Origin: a virus
Strand: one strand, 5' to 3'
Virus record (IMG/VR): IMGVR_UViG_3300042518_001429
Location: 27,892-91,891 of that record
Length of the DNA stretch: 64,000 bases
Shown here one piece after another: positions 18,167 to 29,273 of this stretch (its first letter is position 1; each line of letters opens with the position of its first letter). The notes beneath the pieces are model-generated. The model worked only from the letters and a program-made list of their open reading frames with translations, searched no databases and was not told the origin of the DNA. Position numbers and translations under genes: made by a program.

Positions 18167-21100
18167 TTAACAGTTTGTTTTATAGTATTCCAATAAAGTA
18201 TTAAAATTACTCCAAAGATAGTTTAAAGCTCTATTAACTACAGTGCTGGTTACTATTTCATTTTGACCAATTGTTATTTCTTCTTTGCTATAGATAGGTG
18301 GTTTATACCTTTTACATGTACCTGTATCGTTGTAAAGTAGAGTGTTTCGAAATATTTCTATATTATCCCAAAGCCTATGCAAAACTTTCGTGTAAACCCA
18401 GTTCTGTACATACTCTTCTTGGTGTATTAAAAGATCATTCAATGACCAGTACTGAGGGGGTAACGGAGATTTTAAAGGAATAAGGGTCATGGTATCAACA
18501 AATTTTAGTATCTTGTCGTCGTTAGCTACTAGTAAGTTTCTATATTCATCATGAAAAAGACTATTAATATTATCTACACACTCCTTATTATTGATAATAG
18601 TGCCACTATAATTACCGGTTCTAAAATGTCTAACAACTTGAGATCTACTAGCAATATATATCATTTCCCGGTTATAACTGGCTGCTATTTTTCTTAAACT
18701 ACCTAAAGTTATAACAGGTTCACCAGGCGTGTACTCAAACAAGAAGGTACCACGATACGTATAAACTCTTATAACTTTACCGGTCATTACGTGTACATTA
18801 TTTTGAGAGTCGACACAAACGTCGAGTGGTGCATCCGTTTTAAAGTAACTATCGTCTCTTAAAGTAAATAACCAGCTACCGGTATTTGTATATTGTTTTA
18901 ATACGAAGTTGCCTGAATCGACTACCCACACAGTATCGTGCTGGTCTATATGTATATTTGTCGGATTTAAAAATTTTGTTTTAGATAAAGATCCGCCTAC
19001 TCCACCAAAAGTTGTAAATAGTGTCCAGCGTTCCCCAGGCGCGGCTTTATTGTAGTTATAAATAGCAATTTGAGAAAGTGTTGAATCGAGAATAAAGATT
19101 TTTTGCTCACTATCCAGAGCTATGCTCTTAATATTAACAAAAGGTGTTGCTTGATTAAATGTTGTTCTTATGTCAAAAAATGTAGCTGCTCGATTCGAAG
19201 ATAGTAATTTTACTTGTGTATCAAGTGCTGTATATATAATATTTTTATAAGATGCTATGCTATTATATGAACATCTATTTTGAGAATAGCAATTAGGTAT
19301 CGGGTCGTAATATAAGTTAAGACCAGGTAAATCGATATTCCATGTACCTTCATCACAGTTCGCATTGGTGAAGGTTTCACATTCTTCTAATGGCTGTCTC
19401 CATTTTTTTGAATAACTACCTGATAAACTTGTATCCTTCCATGTTACAAGTGCTGTGGCATTTTCGCTCTTGCGTGATGCCCAACGCCACTCCAAGCAAT
19501 ACCTGCCTAAACAATTAGGTACAACCGACGAGAGGGTGCATGTCTGTAAGTCCCAAGTACCACAACTTGCAAAAGATCCAGTTTCATTAATATTAACAAA
19601 TTCTCCACCTGTGAGTGCTACTACTCCTGCAGACATTAACTCACTCCATGAAACATAATACTCATTTTCAGGAATAGAACAATCTACATCCTCCCAAGTC
19701 CAAACCGGACAGGCGGTTACGTTTTGTATTACGGTTGGCTCCATACCTAACCAACCATAATATTCATTATACGTATCTCGATAAACATTACTTCGTTTGT
19801 TTAGATAATCTAAATTATCATAAAACATTTTAATACATGAATTAATATTATCACTTACAACCCAATCATTAGATCCAATATAAGGTTGTGTCTTCCATGG
19901 CAAATTAATTAGAATTTTATCAAAATTATAATATGCTTCTGTTTCGATAGTATCATAACTTGTAACAACCTTTATTATGTTAGGAAACGTCTGTGTAAAA
20001 TTCTCTGAATAGTATTGGGAATAACCTGTGATAGTAATATTTTTATCACCTATAGAAGAATAAGAAACAGTGAAGCTTTGCTTAATGTCGTCTCCTGTTA
20101 AGAAAATTGTTTCGTCATCTACATCATCTAATACTATTTTTACAGCTGAAAGAGAATTACCTACATTAAGAAATAAATTTTCAAAAGTAACAGGTTCATT
20201 AAGTAGCACATACTTATTAGGTGTATAAACATATAGTTTGTATGGCTCAATAACTGTAAAATTATATACATCTTTAAAAATGGTTTCCTTTGTGGGCCAA
20301 TCACTAATACCATAATTTGTAATAGCAATAGGTATGTTGCAATATAGTTTACGTTCTACAGCTAAGGTTACATTTGTGTTACTAAAACGGCTTACAGTAA
20401 ATCCAGGTAATTCAGGTGTTAAACTGCCACCATAACCAGATAGTTGTAGGGAGAAGTTAAATGTACTACTATTATTATCTAAAGGTATATCGGTCCATCT
20501 ATCAAATGGAGTATATGCTGATAGTGTCCAAACTGAAGATGAAAGTGTGCAGGTAACAGGAGACGATCCTGATAGTTCACTTATCCCCTGAACGGACCAA
20601 AATTTTGGATATGTACCTGAGCACTCTACTGTAGCCCAAGTAGAGGGCCGTGGAAATGTTGTACCAGCACTACAGCCTTCAAATGTACTCCATTTCCATA
20701 TAGTATCAAATTTATCATAACAAGCAGATAGAGCATTGAGATTGTTAACAATAACATCGTAAATAGCTGAAAAATCTTTAAGAGAGCCGTTTAAAGGCAA
20801 GTAAACAGAGGGCCCTGTACCTGGGTCAAAGTAAGTAACGGAAACAACATCATAAGGATTAACAGATATACTCTGTTTATACTTCGTATTACCAGATAAC
20901 TCATTTCCTGAAAAATCAACTGTAGAGGTGTAAAATGGGTAATATAGTTTACTGCCTGTCGCATCATCATAATAAGAAATTGGACCCGTAGATGAAATAT
21001 ATGTATTATTGGTATCAGAAATTAATAGTGAAATAGGTAATTTAGGATAAAAATCTTGTTTTGAAGTGATAGTAGCTACTGCAGTATTATTAGTATCTTC

Positions 21101-22024
21101 AACAATATTGTATTCATCTAATGAATTATTAACTCTCCATGTGTAGTTATACGCTCCAACGTTGGCTGCACTCAATACAATTCTTTCAGTGTGCCCTTCA
21201 CCATAAAAGCAAACACCAGGAGATAGTGTATAATTACTAGCATTCAGGTACGTTAAAGTGGTAGAATTTACAAAATATGCAGTCGGGTAAGCTATAAATG
21301 TAGCTGTCGGGAAGGTAGGTACAAAATATACCTTTAACTCTTTTTCTATAGAGTGTGCACTAAACCACGGATATAAAGATCCAGGGGCCGACAACGCCGT
21401 TAAAGTGGCCTGTACACTACTTAGGCCAGGACTGTTGCGTAGAAATTCATATTTAGCGGAAGCTAAATAATTTTTAGTAGAATTATTGTTAATGTTAAAC
21501 CATGCAGCGTGGGTGCTAGAGGTAATTGTGTTCGATAAGGTATAATTTGTACTAAAAAGTTTTATATTAGCCGTTAGTGTGCTAGTAGAAGTGGTTCTAT
21601 AAAATAGCGTATCAGTATCAGTGTTTTGATAGTTTATAAACAAATTAAAGTCTATATCTGGAAAGGTGTCGTATTGCAAACTGTATGATGTAGTTTGAAC
21701 AGCTAAACTATCACTATAACTGGCACAGCTTAAATTAAGTGTGCAAAGAGTGTAGTTAGTTGTTTTATAATCATAGCGGTCAGCTGAGAAATAAAAATAA
21801 AGAGTGCCGATTGATGATACAGGAGCTACAAAATCGGCTGCTATAGAGCTACCTTGAGGTGTTAGTGCATAAGCCTGGCCTGGATAATTCCACGAAATTA
21901 AATTCGAGCCAGATGCTCGAACGGTTGCAGAACCGTTTGTATTCATAACAGTAGCAGTCAAACTACGAACAAAAGGACTGTTATTAAACCTTATAGCTGA
22001 TATTGAAATATTTGTTAACTGCAT
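18167..22024 (-). CDS. Large virion protein with Ig/PKD-like domains, Trp/Cys repeats and NHL-type beta-propeller
   Basis: KFLNPTNIHID..DTVWVVDSGN, PLDVCVDS.NNVHV, IALDS..KIFILD. Confidence 0.75.
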   Translation of the reverse strand: MQLTNISISAIRFNNSPFVRSLTATVMNTNGSATVRASGSNLISWNYPGQAYALTPQGSSIAADFVAPVSSIGTLYFYFSADRYDYKTTNYTLCTLNLSCASYSDSLAVQTTSYSLQYDTFPDIDFNLFINYQNTDTDTLFYRTTSTSTLTANIKLFSTNYTLSNTITSSTHAAWFNINNNSTKNYLASAKYEFLRNSPGLSSVQATLTALSAPGSLYPWFSAHSIEKELKVYFVPTFPTATFIAYPTAYFVNSTTLTYLNASNYTLSPGVCFYGEGHTERIVLSAANVGAYNYTWRVNNSLDEYNIVEDTNNTAVATITSKQDFYPKLPISLLISDTNNTYISSTGPISYYDDATGSKLYYPFYTSTVDFSGNELSGNTKYKQSISVNPYDVVSVTYFDPGTGPSVYLPLNGSLKDFSAIYDVIVNNLNALSACYDKFDTIWKWSTFEGCSAGTTFPRPSTWATVECSGTYPKFWSVQGISELSGSSPVTCTLSSSVWTLSAYTPFDRWTDIPLDNNSSTFNFSLQLSGYGGSLTPELPGFTVSRFSNTNVTLAVERKLYCNIPIAITNYGISDWPTKETIFKDVYNFTVIEPYKLYVYTPNKYVLLNEPVTFENLFLNVGNSLSAVKIVLDDVDDETIFLTGDDIKQSFTVSYSSIGDKNITITGYSQYYSENFTQTFPNIIKVVTSYDTIETEAYYNFDKILINLPWKTQPYIGSNDWVVSDNINSCIKMFYDNLDYLNKRSNVYRDTYNEYYGWLGMEPTVIQNVTACPVWTWEDVDCSIPENEYYVSWSELMSAGVVALTGGEFVNINETGSFASCGTWDLQTCTLSSVVPNCLGRYCLEWRWASRKSENATALVTWKDTSLSGSYSKKWRQPLEECETFTNANCDEGTWNIDLPGLNLYYDPIPNCYSQNRCSYNSIASYKNIIYTALDTQVKLLSSNRAATFFDIRTTFNQATPFVNIKSIALDSEQKIFILDSTLSQIAIYNYNKAAPGERWTLFTTFGGVGGSLSKTKFLNPTNIHIDQHDTVWVVDSGNFVLKQYTNTGSWLFTLRDDSYFKTDAPLDVCVDSQNNVHVMTGKVIRVYTYRGTFLFEYTPGEPVITLGSLRKIAASYNREMIYIASRSQVVRHFRTGNYSGTIINNKECVDNINSLFHDEYRNLLVANDDKILKFVDTMTLIPLKSPLPPQYWSLNDLLIHQEEYVQNWVYTKVLHRLWDNIEIFRNTLLYNDTGTCKRYKPPIYSKEEITIGQNEIVTSTVVNRALNYLWSNFNTLLEYYKTNC

Positions 22025-22043
22025 TGATAATATTTAGTATGTG

Positions 22044-24512
22044 TTAATCCCATTTAATACTGAGCAGTTCGGTATTTTTGGGTATTATTTCAAGTAAAGC
22101 AGCTCTAATATCATTTTCTATAGTTTCTTTTAATTGCGGATCTGAAATTTCAGATTGATTAATTTTAATATTAAAATAGTTACTCTTATGACCTGGTACG
22201 CGGTGTTTAAAAAATCTATCTATTGACTCAACATACTGTAATGGGGCAGTAATTATATTCCAGATCATATCATCACCTTGTATTTTTTCCTTTATAAAAT
22301 ACTGTATAAGGGACTCATCAATAGCATAATCGTAAATCCTTATAGTATCAATATAGCCGTCCCATATTAATGATTGGGAGTTTATTTCTTTATTGAGATT
22401 TTCTGATTTACCTGTGGGGCAACCAATGAATAAGTTGTTTTTGAAAATATAATTTAAATCTAAGTTAAAATCTAAGTTAATAGTATCTCTTAGATAGTTA
22501 TCAATATATAGGTTTAGCTGTTTATTTTTTAATGTTACAACAATAAGATGCCATTCGTTGTTAACTAATTGTGAGACTGGTACTGATATTTTATAGATTG
22601 TATTTTTATTTGGCAATTCAGAGGAATTGACTGCAATTTTAAATTGCATTTGGGTATTGTTGTTATATTTTATTTTATGAAATATGCGTTTCCATTCGTA
22701 ACCGGTAAAGTCCCCTTTACTTAAAAAAGTTAACGCGTCTCTGTCTTGTCGAGCAGTTTCTGTTTCTAAAATGTTAAGCTTTTGTGGTAAAAATATTGCC
22801 TGCTTTACAACACCGTCTAGCGTTACTTGATAAAGAGTTTTTTCATTGCTATGATAAATCATGGCGTACCAGGTTTTAACACCTGTTGATCTTGTATAAC
22901 TATAAATAAAGCTAATATTCTTAGTATCGGTAGTCGTTGCATCAGTGCCTACATAAAACGTTGACTTAATTTGTTTAGTGTTAGTATCAACTTTATAAAC
23001 CAAATTTGTACCAGCTAATACCCATAAGTCGTTGTTTGGATCTATGTGAATGTTTGTAGCATTTGATACACTAGAAAATATAGTATTATCATAATAGAGC
23101 TGACCAGACAAGCTTATATACCATTTAGTATTATTAGAATCATACTTAACATCTAGACAGTTTGCTTGTCTAATAAGTTCGTTATTAAAATTAAAACAAA
23201 TTTGTTCATTTTCAATATAAGGTTGACTTGAAAGATATGATGTCAAGATTAAATCTTGATCAAACGTATAGGTACCTGAAGTTGTAATAACTATTGTGTT
23301 GTTATTACCATCTAATATTGATAGTTTTGGAATACCGTTCATACCAACAGTAGTATTGTTTTGATCCCGAATTAATGCTTGAACTTCCCCTAAATGATTA
23401 AATTTATAAACTTTATATGAAGTATTTTGTAGATTATTACCTGATTGACCTTCGACGCCAATCAACTCACTTTCACCATTAATATGAACATTAAAGAAGT
23501 TAATTGGCTGACCTAAAATGACTTGAGAATTTTTTTCGTTATATATTTGACTTTCTTGATTGAATAGAAAGAAGTGTCCGTAGGTAGTTTCAGAAACTAC
23601 AAAGAAAGGGTAATATTTTAAATCATCAAAAAATAAACTATACCCCCCTCGATTAAGATTACCTACGAGCTGAGTACTTGGAGACTCTGACCAATCTTTA
23701 CTTTTAACCCAAAATGCTATTGAAAATTCATTTTTTAAATTATAACTGTTATCGTGCGGTATTTGGCAGTTTATAAAATCATTATTGTCAAAAGATAGAA
23801 TATTACGATCAATATATCCGGGGGTTAGTTCTTTATATACCCAATTTGATGAAAAATTCTCTATAATAGCACTATTATTGTAAATCGATTTATCAAGCGG
23901 GGTAGCACCCCAATCATCAATTTCTAAACGAAGACGGGAGCTGTCATTACCTGCAAAAGTTTTTATAAATTCTGCCGCTGTTTTTTCACCTTGATGAAAG
24001 TATTGATACCAAACACCTGATTCTAATGTTAAAGTAGACGGAACGTCATAGTAAATAGGGTCATGTTTTTGATATGTTAAAAGATTTATTCCTTGTGATA
24101 AAGCTTCTTGGTATGATAAATTACCAGGATTATAATACCGGTCAAGCCATTTAGGCGATTCTGATGATACAGCATAAAGCCATGAACAAAGCCAAGTGCC
24201 ATCTTGTCTTTGGGTTGTATTGCCCCATGGGGTGCTATTACTATAGTCTCCTAATTTTTTAAATATTTTATCGGCTCCAGCAGGTATGGGCCCGGGAATT
24301 GCGCCGGCACCTATAAGATCACTATCTTGAATGTGTTGTGTTTCAGCAAAAAAAGGAACGTGAAAAAATGTTGTTTGATCTTTTTTTAAAGTAACTTCGG
24401 TAGTTGAAGCCTCATAACCTAAATGTAGTTTTTCATTATTTTGCTCTTGGTTAGTTCCAGCAAAAATTTTATAATACTCTCTTTGTGTTATATGAGATTC
24501 AATATGGGACAT
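22044..24512 (-). CDS. Virion protein with split LamG/ConA-like domain and propeller insert
   Basis: FSIAFWVK...; WHLIVVT....LNLYID, LFIG, GYIDTIRIYD. The ATG at 24512 is preferred over 24572 because it avoids overlap. Confidence 0.75.
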   Translation of the reverse strand: MSHIESHITQREYYKIFAGTNQEQNNEKLHLGYEASTTEVTLKKDQTTFFHVPFFAETQHIQDSDLIGAGAIPGPIPAGADKIFKKLGDYSNSTPWGNTTQRQDGTWLCSWLYAVSSESPKWLDRYYNPGNLSYQEALSQGINLLTYQKHDPIYYDVPSTLTLESGVWYQYFHQGEKTAAEFIKTFAGNDSSRLRLEIDDWGATPLDKSIYNNSAIIENFSSNWVYKELTPGYIDRNILSFDNNDFINCQIPHDNSYNLKNEFSIAFWVKSKDWSESPSTQLVGNLNRGGYSLFFDDLKYYPFFVVSETTYGHFFLFNQESQIYNEKNSQVILGQPINFFNVHINGESELIGVEGQSGNNLQNTSYKVYKFNHLGEVQALIRDQNNTTVGMNGIPKLSILDGNNNTIVITTSGTYTFDQDLILTSYLSSQPYIENEQICFNFNNELIRQANCLDVKYDSNNTKWYISLSGQLYYDNTIFSSVSNATNIHIDPNNDLWVLAGTNLVYKVDTNTKQIKSTFYVGTDATTTDTKNISFIYSYTRSTGVKTWYAMIYHSNEKTLYQVTLDGVVKQAIFLPQKLNILETETARQDRDALTFLSKGDFTGYEWKRIFHKIKYNNNTQMQFKIAVNSSELPNKNTIYKISVPVSQLVNNEWHLIVVTLKNKQLNLYIDNYLRDTINLDFNLDLNYIFKNNLFIGCPTGKSENLNKEINSQSLIWDGYIDTIRIYDYAIDESLIQYFIKEKIQGDDMIWNIITAPLQYVESIDRFFKHRVPGHKSNYFNIKINQSEISDPQLKETIENDIRAALLEIIPKNTELLSIKWD

Positions 24513-24513
24513 A

Positions 24514-25428
24514 TTAGTTTGTTGCAGAAACAGTTTTTGTATAACTATTGTTAATTGTTGGTAAGCCTCCACCTGGGGTTACTACATTTTTAAGATTAGC
24601 TATATTTATATTTGTATTATTGTTATTAATATCTTCAAATGTAAAACTTAACAAAAAGTTATTTGGGTTATTATCAACTTTTTTATTAACTATTAAATTT
24701 TTATTATTAGCACCACTTTCAAAATCAAAATAATAAGTTAGATAATCATTAACCGGAATAAATCCGTAAACCCCGGTGTTAACTGCTACATACTCAACAT
24801 TAAAAATATAATCATTCAAAATAGTGTTATTTAAAATTGTGCCAGTGGCACGAAGCACGCCATCAGTACAAAAACCTAAATACCGGTAACCTGAATCTGT
24901 TTTAGTCTTTAAAGAAATTGTGTTATTTTGAATATTAATAATAAATCTCTGCCTATATATACTTTCGGGATCTAATGTTTTATCATTTAGAATTATTTCG
25001 TACGGGTAGTTTTCTTTAACTTGAATATATTTTTTTTCAACCTTAAGTTCGACCTCGTTGGTGCCTGAGACTGGTTGTATATATATTTGACTAGCAGATG
25101 GAGAAAGATATAAAGAATTTAAAAACGGATTGTAAGAGACGTAACTTATATCAGAGTTACGATCTCTCAATATAACAGAACCGAAAAAGTTGTTTTCAAA
25201 TAATTTTGTAGTAAAAAACGCACTTAAGTTTAATGAAGAAGTTAGTACTAAACATGTATCGTTATTAAACGATACATCTTGAAATTGATTTGTACCCTCT
25301 AAAACTAGTGTATTAAGACCTGTGTCGTAAGTTATTTGCTGTTTTAGCAAAGGCTCTGTGCTATTATAACTATAATTTAAATTTATAGGTTTTAAAGCCG
25401 ATAATGACTTATATACAATATTTGACAT
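24514..25428 (-). CDS. Hypothetical structural protein (beta-rich)
   Basis: 304-aa Asn-rich ORF in the structural block; TAAGTA upstream. Confidence 0.6.
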   Translation of the reverse strand: MSNIVYKSLSALKPINLNYSYNSTEPLLKQQITYDTGLNTLVLEGTNQFQDVSFNNDTCLVLTSSLNLSAFFTTKLFENNFFGSVILRDRNSDISYVSYNPFLNSLYLSPSASQIYIQPVSGTNEVELKVEKKYIQVKENYPYEIILNDKTLDPESIYRQRFIINIQNNTISLKTKTDSGYRYLGFCTDGVLRATGTILNNTILNDYIFNVEYVAVNTGVYGFIPVNDYLTYYFDFESGANNKNLIVNKKVDNNPNNFLLSFTFEDINNNNTNINIANLKNVVTPGGGLPTINNSYTKTVSATN

Positions 25429-25451
25429 ACCCTATATTACTTATTAGGTAT

Positions 25452-27797
25452 TTAATTTTGATTACCGAAACAAATAATATTATTCCTATAAAAATCGTAA
25501 AACTGTAATGAACCATCATTTAAAATAGTTCTAATACCGAGATTTTTATCATCTTGAACATCAAGCCTTATATCCCTCTGTATTGTTGCAGTGTAGGGTT
25601 GTCCAGATAAGGATGGTGGTAATATGGCTGTACCTGCAAAACCGTAGTATACAGGGTTTATAAACCCGGTCTCAAAGTTTAATATATGGGTACCTGTATC
25701 AACATATGTAACTCTAGGTATCTTAAAGTTATCATCTACACGACAAAAACGTAGAATCACGTTTCCGCTAACCGATTGTAAGGTATTAGTGCTTAAAGTA
25801 TAACTTGTTACGTTATTAGGTATACTTTGAATAACATACAAACCAGATGGCTGCGCTACATACGACCCGCTTCCTAAAGGTACCCCTGTTAAAAATTGAG
25901 CATTAACTATATGCCCTGTCTCGAGTTTATGTGTTGAATTAAAGAAAAGTTCATCAAATTTAATATTTACATTACCAGATGCATACTGTACAATACTACT
26001 GGAGATATATATTGTAGCAGTTGCTGGTGTAGGGAATTCCAGTAATCGATCTAAAACTATATATGAACCGCTAGGTAGAGATGTATATGTACCTGTAATA
26101 GCTTGTTCATTTGAAAATGTAGCTGTAAGAGGTGTGCCGGTAAGCAAATTATACTCTAAAAAGGTATTTAAATCCTCGCTAAAGCTTGTTAATACAATAC
26201 TAATAGTGGCGCTGCTATCTTGTTGAAATTCGCAAAACTTATCACCAATTCTCATCCCACTTAATTCTTGCACTGTTACAATAATTTGATCGCTTTCGGT
26301 TGTACTTGTGCCTTGTGTATAGGTACCAGTTAGATTATTAAATACTGTAGTATAAACTACCCAAGGTGGTGGTAGTGTTAGGACCGTATTAGTAACTTCC
26401 ATTGTAACGTTTTCACTACCATCAAAAGCTACTTGACCTATTGCATCACCGGTGAGCTGTAAAACTTTGGCGTTTTGTAATTTTGAAGCTGTACTTGAAT
26501 TACCTTTAAGATTTGCAGTTACTTCAATAGCTGATAAATTACCTGCTGAGTCTCTATTAACAAGTGTATTTGGGATTGCTGCAGCATAGGCTGTGGTTTT
26601 CTGTAAAGTAACGGCACCGTCTAATATTTTTGTGGTGGTTATTGCACTATCTACTATTTTAGATGTTGTAACAGAGTCAGAAGAAAGCTTAACTGTTGTT
26701 ATGGCATTATCAGCTATTTTTTCCTCAGTAACTATTTCGTTACCTAACATAGGGTTAGTTATAGTTCCAGATAGAATAGAAAACTCTGTAGAGCTTAAAC
26801 TCTGCCAAACAGATGCAGAACCTGTACTTATAAGTACCTGACCTGATATAGAACCCGTGGTATCAATAGCTGTAGTAGAAACCTTTCCTTGAGATACAAT
26901 TTGTGCTAACTTTGTATCAGAAATATTTGCACTATTAGAAATATTATTATCTGTAACAACGCCTGTAGAAAGGGTTGTATATATAGTAATGTCTTGCGTG
27001 CCATCGATAGAAGTATTTCCGTAAATTTCACCACTCAAGGCAATACCTCTGACAGTGTTCCAACGGGATGAAGTTTCAGCATTACCTGAAAGATTGGCAT
27101 AAACAATACTTGCTAAAATATTATTCGTGGCTGAGATATTACCTGAAACTGTTAATACCTCATTTGGTGTAGTTGTATTAATACCAACTTTACCTGCACT
27201 TAAAACACTAACAACCTCCCCGATCGGTGTAGCTACTAAACCAATACCTGCTACTCCACCGATACGAGTAAATCCAGTAGAATCAGAAGCAATATATGAC
27301 TCGTTCGAATTTGTAGTTTGCGTTAGTTTTATATGTGCGCTTGTAGCATTAGTAGAAGCAGTATTATGTATATGAAGTTTATTTGTTGGTGTAGGTGTAC
27401 CGACACCAACATTTCCGGCAGATGTAATAGTGAAGGGCGTACTATCTGGGTTTGCACTATCTTCAACGACAAGGGCATTACCAGAACCTGTCTGTGTAAT
27501 TCTTAAAGCGGTAGACAAACTATTAACATCTATAATTTGAGGTCCTGTTGAACTTAAAACATTTGTTTGAATATTAACCTGATTACCTACTAGTGAGATA
27601 ATATTTTGACTTGAAAGTGTGAATGTGTTAGAACTATAAGTTATTGGGTATGCTTGTTTAACAGCACAAAGAGCTGTATTGGTTAATGTTAACCCGGAAG
27701 CTCTGTTTGTTGTACTACCGCGTTGGACCGGTACGTAGTCCGTATCTTGGAAGGTTGTAATAACGGGTAATTGGGATATTTTAGTACCGGAAATCAT
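25452..27797 (-). CDS. Tail fibre-like protein
   Basis: KISQLP anchor, GNVGVGT..P..KLH and VGINTTTP..LTVSGNISA motifs, 10-aa IT..KI repeats. Confidence 0.78.
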   Translation of the reverse strand: MISGTKISQLPVITTFQDTDYVPVQRGSTTNRASGLTLTNTALCAVKQAYPITYSSNTFTLSSQNIISLVGNQVNIQTNVLSSTGPQIIDVNSLSTALRITQTGSGNALVVEDSANPDSTPFTITSAGNVGVGTPTPTNKLHIHNTASTNATSAHIKLTQTTNSNESYIASDSTGFTRIGGVAGIGLVATPIGEVVSVLSAGKVGINTTTPNEVLTVSGNISATNNILASIVYANLSGNAETSSRWNTVRGIALSGEIYGNTSIDGTQDITIYTTLSTGVVTDNNISNSANISDTKLAQIVSQGKVSTTAIDTTGSISGQVLISTGSASVWQSLSSTEFSILSGTITNPMLGNEIVTEEKIADNAITTVKLSSDSVTTSKIVDSAITTTKILDGAVTLQKTTAYAAAIPNTLVNRDSAGNLSAIEVTANLKGNSSTASKLQNAKVLQLTGDAIGQVAFDGSENVTMEVTNTVLTLPPPWVVYTTVFNNLTGTYTQGTSTTESDQIIVTVQELSGMRIGDKFCEFQQDSSATISIVLTSFSEDLNTFLEYNLLTGTPLTATFSNEQAITGTYTSLPSGSYIVLDRLLEFPTPATATIYISSSIVQYASGNVNIKFDELFFNSTHKLETGHIVNAQFLTGVPLGSGSYVAQPSGLYVIQSIPNNVTSYTLSTNTLQSVSGNVILRFCRVDDNFKIPRVTYVDTGTHILNFETGFINPVYYGFAGTAILPPSLSGQPYTATIQRDIRLDVQDDKNLGIRTILNDGSLQFYDFYRNNIICFGNQN

Positions 27798-27818
27798 ATA
27801 TTAGAATACTTATTGTTA

Positions 27819-29258
27819 TTATTTATAGAGTAAAGTTGTGTCTTCCAGTGTTATAGCTGTTTCACCATCTTCTTCTTTAACTAAGTATATAAGGTTTGGC
27901 TCTGATGGAATATAAGTACAACCGGGTACAAAGGTAGGTGGGTAGTTTTCTCCGGTATTACCGAAATAAATAGCAGGGATATTCTCTACTATTTGTTTAA
28001 TAGGTGCTGACGGTTTTGTGGGTGTAACAGCTTTTGATGACTCTGTACTTGTTAATGTTGTTAGTACGGTAAGATTTTTATTTATTTCTATTCCGTAAAA
28101 ATCTCCTTTTGTTGTATTTTTAGCTTTTAGTAGCTGAATATTTTGTGTTTGAGGTTCTAATAAAATAGGTCCAACAACTATAGAACAACTATCAAATGAA
28201 TTAGTACTAGCACTATAACAAGTTAATGACGGATAAAATACAGGGTATGTATCAGCATTACGATGCAGTGTATACGTGAAATCATAATTTCTTGGATCTA
28301 ATGGGTCACTGAAATAGGTGTTATTGTAAGTGAAATATTTACTATCTGGTGTTGTGTATCTTGTTACGGTTTTGATTGAAGTTCCGTCACCTGGGTTCCA
28401 ATCAATTCTATCTATTGGGAAGCTTCCGGTTTTGGTATTTTTCGGTGATAGTTTGTATGTAAGCGGGGAGTAGCCTGTGAGTGGCAGTGTATCGTTATGA
28501 ATAGCTGCGACAGGCATGAGCTCTTTAACTTCAACTATAAAAGTTTTTAATGCTGTTTGTTCAGTTGTGTCAATTGTAGCTTTAGCTATTTCTCCTAAAT
28601 CGCAAATATAATCGTTAACTTCATAATCCCAGCGCTTGTAAAAATCACCATATCTATAAGTTTGAAACCAATAGACGGGATTCTTGCCTTTTAAACTCAA
28701 ATCTCTCCAGTTCCAAACTTTACAAAATTTTTGAAAACATGTGTCCTCTTCTGACCACCATTTAGGTCGTCTATTAACTGCTGTAGCTGGCGGAACACAC
28801 ATTGTTTCGTTCCATGTAGTTTTTCTTAAGCTATCACATGTAAGATTGTCCCAGTACCAACCTATCTTATATCTACTAATACATAAGTCGTCTTCATCCT
28901 CTAAAGGTTGATTTTCTTTTGATTGAATGTTTGTTAAAGATACATTGTATTTTCCTGGTAAAATGTAAGTGTGTTCAATAACCTCTTGGCAAGGCAACAC
29001 TGCAACATTGTTAACAGAATTATAATAGTCTCCAAAATTCCAAATATATGTTGCTGATACATTTGCGAATCCTGCATAAACTAAATCTGTTATATTTGTT
29101 TTAAAAATAACTTTTACACCTGGAGCATACCCAGAAATGTATTCAGTAGTGCTATCAGCAACGGTATAGGTAGGAGTAGTTTCAAGAGGATTTCCAATAT
29201 CCCAAGAATAACTTTCAGGTACAGTGCTTCCTGATATTATATAAAAATCCGTTGTCAT
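27819..29258 (-). CDS. PKD-domain virion protein with Trp/Cys repeats
   Basis: YIWNFGD...HTY..PG.Y.VSLT and WNPGDG. Confidence 0.72.
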   Translation of the reverse strand: MTTDFYIISGSTVPESYSWDIGNPLETTPTYTVADSTTEYISGYAPGVKVIFKTNITDLVYAGFANVSATYIWNFGDYYNSVNNVAVLPCQEVIEHTYILPGKYNVSLTNIQSKENQPLEDEDDLCISRYKIGWYWDNLTCDSLRKTTWNETMCVPPATAVNRRPKWWSEEDTCFQKFCKVWNWRDLSLKGKNPVYWFQTYRYGDFYKRWDYEVNDYICDLGEIAKATIDTTEQTALKTFIVEVKELMPVAAIHNDTLPLTGYSPLTYKLSPKNTKTGSFPIDRIDWNPGDGTSIKTVTRYTTPDSKYFTYNNTYFSDPLDPRNYDFTYTLHRNADTYPVFYPSLTCYSASTNSFDSCSIVVGPILLEPQTQNIQLLKAKNTTKGDFYGIEINKNLTVLTTLTSTESSKAVTPTKPSAPIKQIVENIPAIYFGNTGENYPPTFVPGCTYIPSEPNLIYLVKEEDGETAITLEDTTLLYK

Positions 29259-29273
29259 GTATGTTAATCTAAG

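Noticed and set aside
24514-24572. 59-nt overlap between the 842-aa and 304-aa ORFs
   Set aside because: The overlap disappears when the ATG at 24512 is used.
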